This document shows positions 39,368 to 53,302 of a stretch of 64,000 nt of DNA, piece by piece. The stretch is from the NCBI GenBank assembly GCA_951406725.2, contig OX597820.1:85126001-85190000 (forward strand), read 5' to 3'. Under the pieces are notes generated by a model. It was not told the origin of the DNA. It did not search any database and saw only the letters and a list, made by a program, of their open reading frames with translations. Numbering within the stretch: position 1 is the first letter of the stretch; each line of letters starts with the position of its first letter. Made by a program: the position numbers and the translations under genes. Source of the stretch: Octopus vulgaris (Eukaryota).

Positions 39368-40159
39368 TATGCTTTGAAATCTTGTGCGATCAGGAAACAA
39401 AAGAAGAAACGTCACACCCTTGCGGTCAGCAGAGGTCAAATGTGTTTACAATTACTAGCGATCAATGAAATAGATAACCTTGGACTTAGAAAGGACCAAC
39501 TCACATTGCTTTGTTTTATTCACTGATAGAAAAATAATAATAATATATATATATTGATATTTACATCGTCGAATATATCTTTTCCTTTTTTATGGCTTTT
39601 GCAGTGTTTTAAAGTTTTCGTAATCAAGCAGTTTGTATACATTGGCATTTGCTTATCTACATAGTTTTTATCGTGTCTTTAATAGTGTTGTTGCAATAAA
39701 AGGTGTTTACATATTCGAGTAGTAAGCGAGAAAAGAAGGGTACAATTTTCACAGAAAATTGTAGCTATTAATATTTTTCAATCTCCTAAAGATGATCGTT
39801 TATATTTCCGACCAGAAAAAAAAAAAGAAAACTGTTGTGCTCTTGCAATAAAAAGGATGTTTACATTTTCGAAATCTCAGGAAGAAAGGAAAGGATAAGT
39901 ATTCACAGAAAGTTGTAGATATTGAAGTTTTAAAGATATTAAAGATGATCGTTTTTGTGTTCGACGAAAATAAACTAGATAAGCAAGCTTTAAAGGGAAT
40001 TTGAAATACTCACAGCAAATTGTTGATATTCCAGATTTCCAGCTATTGTCCAGCAGTGCTGTTGGGTTGTATCAGTGTTTCTGTGTCTTCGGCTGCTGAT
40101 TGGTCAGAGCAGAGAAGAACCATTTCAAAATAGCGAAGAAAGATTTTATGGTTCTTCAC

Positions 40160-40226
<67 letters not shown>

Positions 40227-40248
40227 TATTATTATTATTATTATTATT

Positions 40249-43200
40249 GTCATTGCACAGCTTCTAACACTGTACTACAGTGTCAGTTGTTCACTACCAG
40301 TGAACTAGGGTAGCACCTCTTATTTTTCGAGCACCTTCCGGACTATTCAAGCGGTTCCAAGCAGTGCTGTTTTCTGCAAGTGCTCCACCCATATTGAAGC
40401 ACCTATTTGTTCCACGTTCTTCTCAAGATTTTTGCTCACCGATCCCAGGGCTCCGACAATCATTGGTACTACTGCAACCTTCTCCATCGACCACAACTGC
40501 TTAACCTCCAAAGCAAACCTGCCATGTCTCTCAAAATTTCTTTCTTTCTTACCGCATACCTTGTTGTTAGCTTGGCATGCTATAATCTATGATCCAGCAT
40601 AGTTTGTTTTCTTTCTCAATTAAGACTATTTCTGGCTTCCTATTCTCTATCTCATGGTCGCACTGGATCATACAATCCCATTCGGATCTTTGCATTTCTA
40701 TTTTCGACGATACCTTTTGGTTTGTGGTCGAACCAATTTTTTACATACTTGTTGCAGACTCTCCAATGGACAAGCCTGGGTATATTGTCATGGCGTCTCT
40801 TATATTCCTTTTTGAGTAGTGGCGTACATTGGCTGATAATATGCCATACGGTTTCACCGTTTTGTCCACAGATTCTGCACTTATCACTTTCTGCTGTGTT
40901 GTCTATTCTGTATTTTATGTAGTTTGTTCTTAATGCTTGCTCTAGGGCAGCACACATCAGAGACTCCGCTTCCGGTTTTAAATCACTTTTTGTCATCCAC
41001 ATCCATCTTTTTTCTCTATCTGTCTTATCTTCAACATCCTTATGAAATTGACCATGCATTTTTTTCTTTGCTCACCTATTTTCATTCGTTTTCAATTTCT
41101 TATCTAGTGCTTTATCTTTGACATCTTTCATCCTACACAAGCCTGACCTTCCTACTTCTAACAATAGCGCTTCTGTGACATTTTTTACGTACCATGCTAT
41201 GTTGTTTTCTTCTGCTCTAGTACTGTGTTTGTATACAATAAGTTCTCACCCCACTTTTTCTTGGTACATACGGTCTGCCTGTGTCACTTTTTGGGTGGAA
41301 TCACCCATATCTGGTTAGCAACTTCCTTGTCTTTCAGTCTAAGCTATTTCGTTCGTCTACTGTCTACGGGATTACCCTTGCTCCATATCTAAGGAGTGAA
41401 ACTGCCCAGGTGTTGATAGCTTCAATCTTATTTCATCTGTTTAATTTTGACTTAAGAATCAGTCTAAGCCTGCACAAGTACTCCACCTTAAATTTTTCTG
41501 TCATTTCTTTCTCCATCAATTTATCCATTTCCAATATCTCCATGTACTTATAGTTCCTCTATTCTATATGCTTCATAACCACTCCCGATGATATCGCAAG
41601 CCCTTCCATACATTTAATTTTGTCCCTCTTCAAGATTAACACACCACTCTCTTTTAGTCCGAAATCCGTTCTGATATCAGTATTGAAAGTATACACCGTA
41701 TCAACGACGAAACTGACTCGGGACTCATCTTTACCATAAAGTTTGAGATGATCTATGATTAACAAGTGGTTGATATTTTGTTGACGGCTCTTGAATACAT
41801 TCTCAGCCTTTGCTTTCCTCAGAATCAGTGTCAATGGCATCATGCACAGTACAAAGAGCCGGTGGGACAGGTGCCTCTCCTGATTTCTATTGTCCATAAA
41901 CTTCTTCCATATGCCGTCAGTTCTACCCTCCACTTCGCCAAACTTTTTCCAAGCAATCTTTCAACATACGATGCAATACCAAATAGGTTCATACACTCCA
42001 TAATCCAAGAATATGGGATCATATTGTATGCGTTGCGATAATCGATTCATGACATGGCTAAGTTATTTCTCCTCCTCTTGCAGTCTCTAAGTAAAATTTT
42101 GTTACCAGGATTTGATCCTTGGTGCCTCTGCACTTACACTTGCAACCCTTCTGCTCATGTGGCAGAACTCTATTTTTACCAGATGTCCATATATTGACTC
42201 TGCGACTATTCCAGTCAATAATTTCCACATAAGAGGTAAGCAGGATACCGGCCTGTACTTGTCTACCGTATTATCTTTCACGATGTTTTTCAAGCACATC
42301 ACTGTCCTACCCGTTGTCAACCACACTGGTGTTACTTGGTCGGCATTTAACATAGTGATGCGTTGTGCAGATATTCGTGCATGACATTCGCCAAAACATT
42401 TGATCCTGCAGCCATCGGGTCCCGCGGGCTTCCAGTGGCTCTTTTTTTTTTGCTGGTCTCCTTAAATTCCCAGACTGAAATGAATATTTCCATTTATTAT
42501 GCACAGTCTGATGTATGTTTAAGTTCTTGCAACTATTCAACATCCTTTTTGGTCTCTTTGTCGTTGCTCCTGATGTCACTCCAAAACCGTTGACATTCAA
42601 ATGTCATCTGGTATCAACTTTGCATCTTTACACTTTCCATTTATTTCTTTATAGAATCTCTTCTGATCCAGTCTGAACAAACTATTCTGCTGGTTTCCCT
42701 TCGTTCTTTTGTCGTATCTTACTATCTTTGATTTCTTTTCAAAGAAGCGCTGTTTCAGTCCTCTATTACCACTTACTTTCAATATCATACTTCCTGTTTA
42801 GTGCCCTGTACTTTTGTTCACTTTTAATTTCCCCTTCCTCTTTTAGGTCTAACATAGAAATGTCCTTCTAGAGCATGTCTAACACCGCCTGTATTCTTTT
42901 TGTCCATATGGATCTTTACTTTTGTCACTCCTATTATGTTTCTTTTTCTTGACCTCAACACACACATTTTCTCTAACGACTGTACTTGCTGCTTTAAACA
43001 AATTATTTGTTTCTGTGATGCTTTGTTATGATTTATTTTAGAATTTCATTCACACTTTTCGTTTCTTGGTTCAATTTCCACCGGTCAACCTTTTTAAGGG
43101 TGCAAATAATACCGCTATCGTTCTCCTATAGCCTTGCCTTTATCCTGTTGTACATTGCCTTTTACTCATCTGTCATGTCACCATTAGTTTTACTATCGTC

Positions 43201-43823
43201 TTCCATATTATCTATATGTCTCTCATCCAGCAAGCTATCAAATATTTCCTGTGGTTTATTAGAGGCCTCACCTCTGTATTCTGCTATAAGATCACTTTTA
43301 TCAATACGAATTGTATTTTCATTGCTTTCTCTGCGCTATTTGCAAATACCGGTCTTTTGATAGCTTCGAACTCTATTTCTCTGAACCAATGATTTTTTTA
43401 CTTGCTCTAGCTTGATCACATAGTCTCTGTTCAATGAGTTGAAACAATCTTCTTTCTCTCCATTGATCATACATACGTTGTCGGTATCCCCTAATATGAG
43501 CACCATTTTAGCGTATAGATTTGCTCAGGTAGTAACACTCCATGACCACGGCATTAACTTGTTTGTTCCGTCTACGCCGTGTGTGTTGTTTCATTGCTGC
43601 ATAACGACAGGCTGGAACCAAACCAATATCTCTGAATCTGACCCGTGCAATACTATAACCATCAAGGGCTTCAGTTTCATTACTACCGTTATTTTGTTTT
43701 TTCGTTGTCACTCATATGAGGTAGCGATTATCAGGTTGCGCAGTTACCAGTGTTTTCCTTGTGACACCATCTCTAGATGTATCATAGATCAGGACATAGG
43801 GAGATTCCAACCGCTTCCTTTCG
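40249..43823 (-). mobile_element. Near full-length but decayed R4/Dong-type LINE (RT + CCHC + RLE)
   Basis: YRPVSCLPLMWKLLT, INHLLIIDHLKLYG (degenerate YMDD), YKY, MHGQF, CRICGQNGETVWHII..C, RRHDN, KPEIV. (ATT)n at 40160-40248 and 43824-43836. Confidence 0.9.
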
Positions 43824-44331
43824 TTATTATTATTATCATCACTGACATTACTATTTTAATATTTTACTGTCATTGTTAATATTACTTCTGATCCGACAGC
43901 ATTTTTGGCTAATTGTCATTAGCACTTTCGTGTCAGTACTAGGCGTAGATAACTTGATAGAGCACCGCTTCTATAATTTTAAAGTAACAAATGTAGTAAA
44001 ACTAGGCAAAGTCCAATATGTACTTTCTCGGATATTGTCTATCACTTTTAAAGACTGTTACTTAGTCGGATGTACACCATTGCTTTGTTAGTGTGGCAAC
44101 CGTGTTTACATGTGTTGTCCGAGTGACGAAGGCGACACACACTTAAAACACATCATTTCATTCGGAAAATACGAATACATTTTAATGAGTATTATTTACT
44201 CGTATATAGTCCAACGCTTTGTCAGTTATTTTTCGCTCCGAGTATTGTCCCCGATACTTTTGGATAGATTTCGGAGCAGTGTTTTATCGCTCTCACATGT
44301 TAAACGTCCACGGTGATTTCGTTATTATTAA

Positions 44332-44416
<85 letters not shown>

Positions 44417-44446
44417 TAATTAATTTATTTATTTATTTATTTATTT

Positions 44447-47400
44447 TAATCTGCTAGTTCATTACAACCACTTGCAGAGACAAACCCAGCATCCTTCGGG
44501 GGTGTGAATGATAAGAGAGGTTACAGTATGGCTTAAAGCTTAGAGAGGGGAAATGAGAGAGGTAGTAGGGATATATTGTCATGTAATACAACCCACACAT
44601 TTCAATTGATAGTGTTTTTCTAAGAATGTGGCCAGTACTTGTCAGCACAATCTTTTGTATTCCTCTCAGAATTTGTTCTCCTGGGATCTTATCTAGATTT
44701 TTCTGACATCCCTTCCTTATCATACGTAGGACTCCCATGATAACAAGAACAGTTCACGTTTTAAGATGTCACGTCTTTCGTATTTTAATTTCCAGGTCCT
44801 TATATTTACTTAATTTGTCAAATTCCTTTACAAATTTATATTTTTTATCAGTGGGAGCACTTACATCTGTTAGTCCACAGATATTTTCTACCCTCTTTTA
44901 AATGACTATGTCTGGTCGATTAGCCCCAATCATTATGTTGGTGTTGACTGGAAAATTCCAGAGAACAGTGACATTTCTAATTTCAACGACTGACTCAAGA
45001 TGATGTTGATACCAGTAAGCAGGAGTGTTGATTTTGTAGTGTTTACATATTTTCCAATGTAAATAATGTGGCGAGATTTGTATTCATTTTGTGTCAACAC
45101 AGGACATCCGAAAACTAGATGGTCTATTGTTTCATCAAACGTATCGCAGAATCTGTATTTAGGATCAGGACCGTTTTGGCGAACGTTAGCCTGGTAATTT
45201 TTTGTAAGCTAACTATAATCTAATGCCGCAAATATACGTTCAGTCTCCGCTCTTAGTCTCGACTATTGATGGGTTGTTGCAAAGTGTACATCAGCATTTC
45301 GGCTTCAAAGTATATATTATCCGTGCAGAGGCTCCTGACTCCATCGGTCCTGAATTTGTTTCTGCCCGTTCTTTCTGGCAGTCTGTTTCATCCGTTTTGC
45401 GTGTTTGGTAGCAGTGGTTTCAGGTTCTTCATCTAATTCAAGATTAATGCCGAGTTCTCTTGCAAATTTGCAAGCTTCCTTGACAATCGAATTTGCTTTA
45501 TTCGCTGCATCCACTTCTCTGTACTAGATAAGTTAATTGCTAATGTGGACTTCTTATAGCATTCCTCTTCACCCATTACTTCTATGTAGGTACAGATGAT
45601 TATCTTCTGGTTTTGGGTGGTGCATATTTTAGATGTTAGAAGTTTTCTTGTCTTAATGCCCTGACGTTGGAATTCTGTAACATTCCAATTGATGATGTTA
45701 AAATTATATTGGACCAGTGGAAGTGCGAGGGTGTTAATGGCTTCGATGCGATTTTTGGATTTAAGTTTAGATTTTAGTGTCTTACTCTCCTGTAATACTC
45801 CTTTCTTATTTTTCCTTCATAGTAGCATGTTGTATATCATCTCCTTCGTTTATCCACATGTGTTGATCTTTGCATCCATAAGAATTCCTTTTACAACCTG
45901 TTTGAGCTTGTGGAAGGATAGAGTTCTGTTCAAGGTATGTGTATATTCTTTCAGTTAGTATCAATCTGAGGATCTTGTACATGGTCTTGAGTCATGTTAT
46001 TGGTCGTTAGTTCTTTCGACTTTTCCTGTCTTCAGTTTTGATGGAACGTATGTTGTTCCTTCGGACAACCAGGCAGGTATTTGCTCTGGGTTCTGGATGA
46101 CATCAGTTAGAGATTCAGCAAAAGGTTGGTGTACTTCTGTCAAACAATTCAGCAGAAGGTTAGGGATCCGGTCCAGTCCTGGGATTTTCCATTTGTAAGA
46201 CTTTCCATGAACACATCTTATTTCATCTACTCCTACTGCCTCCCATTTCTGCTCTTCAACTTCATCCACTCTCACTTTTTCACGTTTCATCCAGTGAGTT
46301 TCAGCATTATATTCTTTGTTGTTGCTTTATTTCTTCTTCCAGAAATCTTCTATTTCCTAAGTCTTAGGAGGCCCCTTTACTTCTATCTTGCTTTTGCTGA
46401 TTTCCGTATCAAACGTCTTTGCTTCCGCCTTGAAGATATTGTTTTGACAATAAAATTTGATTCTTTTGTCACACCTTCTGAGCCGTTGGGCTTTCAGTTG
46501 TATTCGTTGTTTCACTATATCTTTGGTTGCCGGGAGGTTAATAAAATCTTTGATTTTTATTTTTGTTTCATTTTTGTAGCTTGTCTTAACATTTACTCCT
46601 CTAGCAAGTTCATCAACAGCTGATACAACCGCCTGCAAAAATCGATCATTTTTTTCTATAGCTACTTTCCACTTGAGAGTTCTATTGAAATGGTTCGTCC
46701 TTTTCTGCATTGTCCTCATATCTAGTTGAGCAGTTACAACTTTAGCAGTGGAAGAAATGATGTTATTTAAGGTTTGTAGGTCATTTCCGTTATTTCTTAA
46801 GATCTCTCTAACAGAAACGTTATATATGATGATTGTATTGTTATTTTTTATACTGTTTGAGAGCTTTGGTAGCGGTTCTCTATTGATCATGTCAATAAAT
46901 TCAGTCTTGCTGAGTTCTTTCATAATATTTTCTTATGCTTCTATGATCTTTACTTTATTATTCAACTCAAATTCTGTGTTATTATTTATTCTGTTGTTCT
47001 TGAGGTAGGTTTAATTCCTCCTCATTTTCCCGCATATCTGTTCTTCGCTATTCTTCCTTCAACTTCCTCGTTGGGATGTACTGCACGTAAACTGGATTCC
47101 CTGCATTTCTAACCTATTTAATCTACATTGTTGCTATTTTCGTTTGGTCTACCATGAGGTATTTGTGTCCTAATTTAGCTCATTTCAGCGTCAGTTAACC
47201 TTTAATTCTTAATGATGTCTCTACGTACGTAACTTAGTATATTTTTATCTATATATCTACATACTTCGTTGTCTACTAAGTTTCTCCATGACGTGTATGT
47301 TTGTACAGTGGAGTTATTGTTTAGTTTTCGTTGGGCTGTATAGAAAGCTTTCAGCACATCTCTATAATATTCTCTACCCCATTTGATGCGTTTTGCTATA

Positions 47401-47520
47401 GGTGGTGATTTTGGTGGTGTCTTTACAGATTTAGAGTTAGAGTAATCCTAGTTCTGGTTACCTGGTTGTTAGATTGTTATGTAGATTGCGACAGCCATAT
47501 CGCTGAGGCAGTCTAATTTA
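44447..47520 (-). mobile_element. Decayed R4/Dong-type LINE with RT core deleted
   Basis: N-terminal KRIKWGREYY, WKIPGLDRIP..WLSEGTT, GCKDQ directly joined to INEGDDIQHATMKEK; QEPLHG, RPDIVI, QKIVLTSTGHILRKTLS. 3' end next to (ATT)n at 44322-44420. Confidence 0.85.
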
Positions 47521-48365
47521 TGTCTCAAATTCCTTCAGTTTAATGTATGGACTGTTCGCATCTATCTTTCTGACAGTTTGAACAGTGAAGTCCAAGGGAG
47601 TAAGATGTGATCATTTTCAAGCACTGTTGGTGGTTTGTATTCGCGCCAGTCTCTATCATGGGACAAGTCCAGTTCTTTTCAAATTGATCAGTGAATATGT
47701 TGTGATGCTCTATCATGCCTCTTGAGATATTCAGTAGGAGCAAGAAGACTGAGTATAGAGACAGCAAGATCGATGATTTCATTTTGTTGTTTACATATAT
47801 GACAGGTTTTGTTTTTCTAACATCCTTATGAGATTCTGGTGGTCAAGATGAGAATCGGATGTTTCTATCATTTTTCTATCACCTGTGCGAGATAACCTCT
47901 ACAAACATGGATGCTCTGTAACAGGGTGTGCCTGACATTTGTTGAGCAACGAAAGTTTTCTGCAATCACTGACCCTTTTTCTCGACCATTGGTTTATTGT
48001 AGCGTATGGAAGAACATGCATGTAAGACTGATTCAACACTGTCTTCTTAGGTTTGAAAGATCACGTGGTCTTCATCTGCCTAGAGGTTTTTACAAAAGAG
48101 GATATGTACTGGACGAGGCAGAAAGCGATGCAAACCTTCCTTTTTTGCTAGGCACTCATCAATTTTTTCGAGTTGTAAACCAAGGGGGTGGAAGTTGAAT
48201 GGGAAGTGCTGCTCTATAGAAAATATTTTTAAAATGTGAGGGAAAATGGCGATGACGGTCTGAACGGGTTTAATCTGGGTATGCGCTGGTTAACTGATGG
48301 AGAACAATGAGAGAAAAATGCCCAAATGTGTACATATACGTTCACACATGCACACACAAACATAT

Positions 48366-48423
<58 letters not shown>

Positions 48424-48665
48424 GTATGTAGCGTAGTTAAGGCTACAGCTTTAATAATATCTTCCAGAGTTGCCTCCCTTAGGTATTTCTCATTGATAAC
48501 AGCTAAGAATCTAGAAACCACGATGTCTGGGAAGCCTGATAGATGGCGACCCGGGACACATATATGGTGTTTTTAACTGTTTACCATACAAGAAATTTAT
48601 CTCCGTGATAACTGCAAAAAAATTACCATTTACCAGTTGAAATATGACACACAAATACTGTAACT

Positions 48666-48735
<70 letters not shown>

Positions 48736-48919
48736 ATCTGTGATATATATATATATATATGTTTGTGTGTGTGTATGTGTCTGTCTGTATGTATGCATGT
48801 ATATATGTATGTTTGTATTATGAATATATGTATGTATGCATGTATGTATAAAGAGAAAGTGAATCACCCGAGAAGTATAACGTTCCATACGATAGTAAAT
48901 ATAGTCCAGTCAAGGGAGG

Positions 48920-49800
48920 TCTTTGTAACATAAGCAAAGCACATCTACTAATGATTACCGAGAGTGCGTAAACATTGATAAATAAAGGAATAAACGAAAC
49001 CTGAGAAATTTTGCCGGACACAATCAGATACCAGTGAATCACCATTCGATATCACTAACCTCTCAGATCATGAGAATATTCAAGAGAACAATGGCCTCCA
49101 TCATAACTCTATTCCATCCAGCATGGATTTTATGCTGTCACGTTGTTGGCATTCTGGCATTCTAAACGCTTTGAGAGATGACACTAACATGAATGTGTTT
49201 TACTGAAATATTTGTATGGCGTTGACCACAGGATCCAGCTGCAGAAATTATCCAGTCCATAGAATGCATAGTTTGATAGATAACTTTGTAGATGTTTTTA
49301 CATTCAAGAAGCAACATGATCTCATACAAAAGATGCCCAGCTCGATCTATTCACAATGATTCGATCGAAAAAAATATTGAGTCAAACGAGGAAATTTCGT
49401 GAGCTTATTCGATTTGGACAAAGTAGCATACTTAAACAGTCATATTCTCTTCCATTGGAAGACATCTACGTCAATGAATTTATATCAGGGATATAGTTAT
49501 AACTGTTGACAAAAAAAAACCTAGCTTGAGTGTTTACATCAGCAATAAATCTAATATGACCTGCATAATATGTTCTTGAATACTTATAACCTTCAAAAGT
49601 TTGGCGATCTTGATATCAACGTCCTTATCTTCACTACTTTTATAGTTTTACCTTCATTACTACTGCTACGTTTGGTCTCTTTATACAAGAGTTACGAAAA
49701 CATTTGAACTGTACAAAAGTCAACAGCCCCAGTCGTCTACAACGGGGTCTTCTATCACGTACGGATCATCTGCTACCTCATCCTACGACGAAAAGGCCAC
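48920..49800 (+). mobile_element. Very decayed CR1/L2-like RT remnant
   Basis: QHGF (49118) followed by a degenerate DV.Y.DF..VDH.I..QKL segment. Confidence 0.35.
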
Positions 49801-50823
49801 TGTAGCTATGTGGTTGATTTTACTCATAAAATGCAATATCGATGCAATAGGTACACACAAACACACACACATATATATTGCACAAAATAGCTTAAATCAA
49901 TAGATAAGATTTTAATTTTCAATATTGCAATCCTTCAGTATGACTGCAATAAAAATATAAACATAGTTTATTGGTAGCTATGTGTAGAAGAAAGGAGGGC
50001 GTCAACTGTTGGACCGATTCATGGTTTGTAAAACGGTCAGATACATGTACAACGTTTCCGTAGCTAGGCTCTAAGATACATGGGCTACACTGTAAAACAG
50101 TCAAAAATTACGAAAGCAACGTAATTGTAGTCTCATTTGCATTTAACATTACATTATTAATTAATATCCATTTTATGCGTAAAACAAGTATAAATCTGAG
50201 GAATTGAAAACAATTAAAATATTATACACTATCACAATTAGGGAAATAAGAACTTACACACACACACACTCACACTATCAAACACACGCGTGTAAGATCT
50301 TTATATATACGTATCATATTGAGTTTTGTCAGAGAGCAGTACAGTGATATACGTCGAAAAAATTTTACGAAGTAACAAAGAAACGAAAATTGAATGTAAA
50401 ATCTTGGAGTTCTAAAATCAAAAAAATTTCGACTTCGTTGTTTTTGTTTCTTTTTTGGCACAGTCTAGTTTCTAATATACTTATGCATGCGGCCGTGCAC
50501 ATGTATACTAATACATATATGCACACACACACATACACACATAAACACGTAAGTCTGTGTCTGTTGGCGCGTGTGTGTATAATGTACAAATGTGTGAGTG
50601 TATTAACAGTCATTTTTTCGTACACGTCATTATTATGACTGAGTTCGTGTGGACAGTTTTTTTTTCTATTCCCTCCAAGATATCTTGTTTCATCGATTAA
50701 AAGATCACAGAAACTAATTATGCTTGTATATATTATTAATTGAGCATTTGTCTTTAAGGAAAGATTTACATAATTTGCCATTATAATAGTAAACATTTTC
50801 TAACCTTGTTAAGTAACCCCTGT

Positions 50824-51282
50824 TTTCCTTCAGGATAAACAGAACTGGTTATATAAATATTGCAGGAAACTGGGGCCACAATAACGTCACGAGTAAATTA
50901 TAAATTCCTTCAGAGTTTATTATCTACAATTCATATTTACTTTCCTGTTTAGAATTGTATTAGTTTATCTCGATATAGTTTACCTTCAGTATTCTTCGTT
51001 TACATCATATCGTAGTTCCACGGTGTACATGCCGTTGAGATCTTAAAATACAATCTTATACAACAGGTTGAATTTTGCAGTTGCTAGCGGACTAAAATGA
51101 GAATAATAGTATATTATTTTGAAAGCAAAACTGTTTCAATTAAATAATGCAATGCTAAGCAGGAAGGATATATAAATCGTCGATAATAAACTTTAAAGAA
51201 ATCAGCAATTTTCCGTTGACTTTATTGCTGCACCAGTTTCCTGTAATATTAATATAACCAGAACATTTTACCCTGAAGGAAA
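50824..51282. mobile_element. MITE-like element with ~66-bp terminal inverted repeats
   Basis: tttccttcaggataaa..ctggttatataaatattgcaggaaactgg (50824-50889) vs its diverged reverse complement at 51217-51282. Confidence 0.65.
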
Positions 51283-52355
51283 GTAAATTGCTTTTCATGA
51301 CTAGAAAGTGTACAGTGTTGTAATGAGAAATATTTCATACTGTATTTGTAAGCACACGTACATCCAATAATATATACTACCGCAATTGATGTTGGCGGTT
51401 CTACACTTCGCATACTGATCTAACCTTTTATAAAGTACGTGGTTGTAACCTTGTAAGTTTGTAAGTAGATTACTTGATATGGTTCCTATTTGAATATTTA
51501 TGAGAGCAACTCTTGAGCCACATAAATAGCACCATATCATGCGCTGTTATGGTGGTTTCAAGTGGCAACATGTGCGCATTCTTATAATATGGAGAAAACT
51601 GCATAAAGATATTTTATTTAAGAACTGATGATTATAATATAAAGGACTTTACATTATAAACATACCGTAGTGTGCCAAGCTTTATTCTTGATGCCATTTT
51701 GTGTTTCCTAACTCTGTGTGCATTAATTCAGTGTTGATATATTAACATTTTTTTTTTCTTTTGGATTGTTATATATCACACTTTAGACAAATATAGACTT
51801 GCATTGTGTTTCCATTATATTTTGTGAATACGAGTTTTGGGCTACATAAAAATACATCAATCTAAATGCATTCGTATGATTGGTTTATGTTACTGCATGT
51901 GTGGATGCATACAATATAGTAGTAAGACATACCTTAGTAACGATTGCTATTTATAAATGGGTAGTGGATATTTGAAGGACTCTCCTCCTGAATCTGCCAG
52001 TAGATGCAGAGCTTCATTTGTGAAGCGATTTTGCATTTTCAATCTCTTTGAACATTTTTTTTTCTTATAAATAGATTTTAGATAGGCTTTAAGGTTTCCT
52101 GTTTTTCATCAAGTAATGTGATGTTTTCAGTTCACAAATAGTTTTAGCGTACTGAGTATTATAGCTTCTCGAATGAAATTTTAGGGTACAGATTGTAGGC
52201 GTTGAGAAGCAGGAGCCACTTGAACAACATCAGAATAAATATAATTCAATGAACTCCCCGTACTCTAGTATGGAGGGGTTCTCAATGCTGCTAACATTGA
52301 AAATGCTACTCACAAATTTATTGAAAGTGAATTTTTTTTACACGTCACCACGATA

Positions 52356-52653
52356 TGTTGTTGTCTATTCCTTCTCGAGCCATGCCTGGCTCATAAGGGC
52401 CGGTTTCCTTGACGTATAGGTTCCCCACCTGGACGGGACGCCGGTCCGTCACAGGTGAGCTGCAAGATGCAGGAGGAAAGAGTGAGAGAAAGTTGTGGCG
52501 AAAGAGTCAGCAGAAGTTCGCCATTTCCTTCTGCCAGACCCACGTGGAGCTTAGGTGTTTCGCTCATAAACACACACATCGCCCGGTCTGAGATTCGAAC
52601 TCGCGATCCCTCGACCGCGAGTCCGCTGCTCTAACCACTAGGCCATGCGCCTC
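52356..52653 (-). mobile_element. Full-length tRNA-derived SINE with 15-bp TSD
   Basis: Head GAGGCGCATGGCCTAGTGGTTAGAGC...GAGTTCGAATCTC (A and B boxes), (CAA)n tail, flanking direct repeat cacgtcaccacgata at 52341-52355 and 52654-52668. Confidence 0.92.
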
Positions 52654-53157
52654 CACGTCACCACGATACACTCACCTGTGCGTGCAAATGTACACATACC
52701 TACACAGACACAAATATAAGTACACATATATATACGTGTGTGTGTTTGTGTGTTTGTGTGTGCATGTCTATACTTTTATTTTGTTTAGGGAAAATGTCTC
52801 TGAGTGTGCTCGTAAAAGCTCCTATGCTTCTTCATTTTGGAGACCACCTGTTATTCTGATCTTCCAGAGTAATGCTAAGAGATGTTCAAATGTGCGGAAG
52901 TCCTTACAACTTAGGATTTACAACCTATCCTATTTACACACACAGACTTGTGTGTTTTGTGTTGTTTGTGTTCGTGTGTGTGTATGTGTGTGTGCGTCCC
53001 TTTCAGAAACTCACTTGAAAATAGTTTAATAATTACTTGTATGAACTTCTCTTGGAATTTTGCAACCTGCTCTCCTATTCTGTGTAGTAATAGAATGACA
53101 GTATGAAATTTCAAGAGTCTACTGATGGAGAGAATGTTTTCAAACGTGATTATATAA

Positions 53158-53302
<145 letters not shown>

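Noticed and set aside
52575-52653. tRNA gene
   Set aside because: tRNA-like head lacks a proper acceptor stem and continues into a SINE body with tail and TSD.
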